From Asterias rubens (Eukaryota): a stretch of 64,000 nt of DNA. A program made the translations under genes and the position numbers. The notes beneath the pieces are model-generated. The model made no database searches. It was not told where the DNA came from and worked only from the letters and a program-made list of their open reading frames with translations. The stretch lies in NCBI RefSeq assembly GCF_902459465.1, contig NC_047065.1, positions 3,472,001 through 3,536,000 on the forward strand, in the 5' to 3' direction. This document shows, in pieces, positions 63,174 through 64,000 of the stretch (its first letter is position 1; every line of letters begins with the position of its first letter).

Positions 63174-64000
63174 GTGAGAATATATAATTTCTACAGTATA
63201 AGTTTGTAAAAATTGAGTTTCGACCGTCAACAACTGGTCAACCAATCGAATTCGTCTCTTCTGTTAGTATTTAAAACTGGGTCACTGGGTCACTGCCTGG
63301 AACCGCAGCATGCACCGCAGTGATGCTACTGCTACCTGCTGTACTCTCTGTTGGCTTTTTGTTGTGAAACTGTGAATACCCCACTGTGTATTCCTATACA
63401 AATTCTCTGATGATTCTTTTATCTTTTACTTTCCGTCTTTGGTTAATATTTTTCCAAAATTGGCAATGGTGGACCATGGAGGTAGAATTCTACCTCCATG
63501 GGTGGACAATTCAATAATAATGAGTTGCTTGATTTATTTCGAGACCTACCGATTGCGCTCCGTGCGTCACGAGACCTATAGTGGATATTGCATGTAAACA
63601 AACACTGCGCACTGCTTATAAATGTGCGTTAAAAAAACATGACTATTTTTGCAATTTTTTGGCTAAAAAAATGGTTAATTCTCGAAATCACTAAAGAGTA
63701 TTCTGGAGTTTGTCACATGAGACCTTACCTATTAGGCCACATAAAAATAATTGTTGATCGTCCTTTTATTTTTTATTTTTTTTTTTAAGTTTTGTTGACA
63801 TGCCAAATTAAATATGATATAAAGAATAAAGAAATCATCACAATCACTATAAAACAGAGGGTTTGTGTCTTTTTGATGTTTTCAATAGTTTTGTCAAACA
63901 AATTTAAAGGAACACGTTGCCTTGGATCGGATGAGTTGGTCTATAAAAAAGCGTTTGAATACTATCAACCTCTCCCAATTACTCGTTACCAAGTAAGGTT

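Overview
AT-rich, intron-containing animal genomic DNA, probably from a marine invertebrate deuterostome such as a sea star (inferred from gene content and repeat style, not proven). I assembled the genes by hand from GT-AG boundaries and reading phase. Six match known families: SS18 (-, 3' end outside the window, N-gap in exon 4), IMPase/IMPA1 (+), URI1 (-), MRPL3 (+), mitochondrial GOT2 (-) and the first exon of a probable NDUFAF6 (+). These six form three head-to-head pairs on short shared promoters. A seventh gene (-, 29581-44289) has 20 coding exons and about 1129 aa, and I do not recognise it. Its architecture is a disordered N-terminus, 2x[EF-hand pair + WW-like], a long coiled coil and a C-terminal CAP-Gly domain, and it is the main novelty candidate. 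Introns carry many TTAA-flanked (Kolobok-like) MITEs, palindromic MITEs, tRNA-derived SINEs and L2 tails. GOT2 intron 3 holds a 1.2 kb foldback nested in other elements. Three local duplications copy real splice junctions. No CRISPR array, rRNA gene or convincing tRNA gene was seen.
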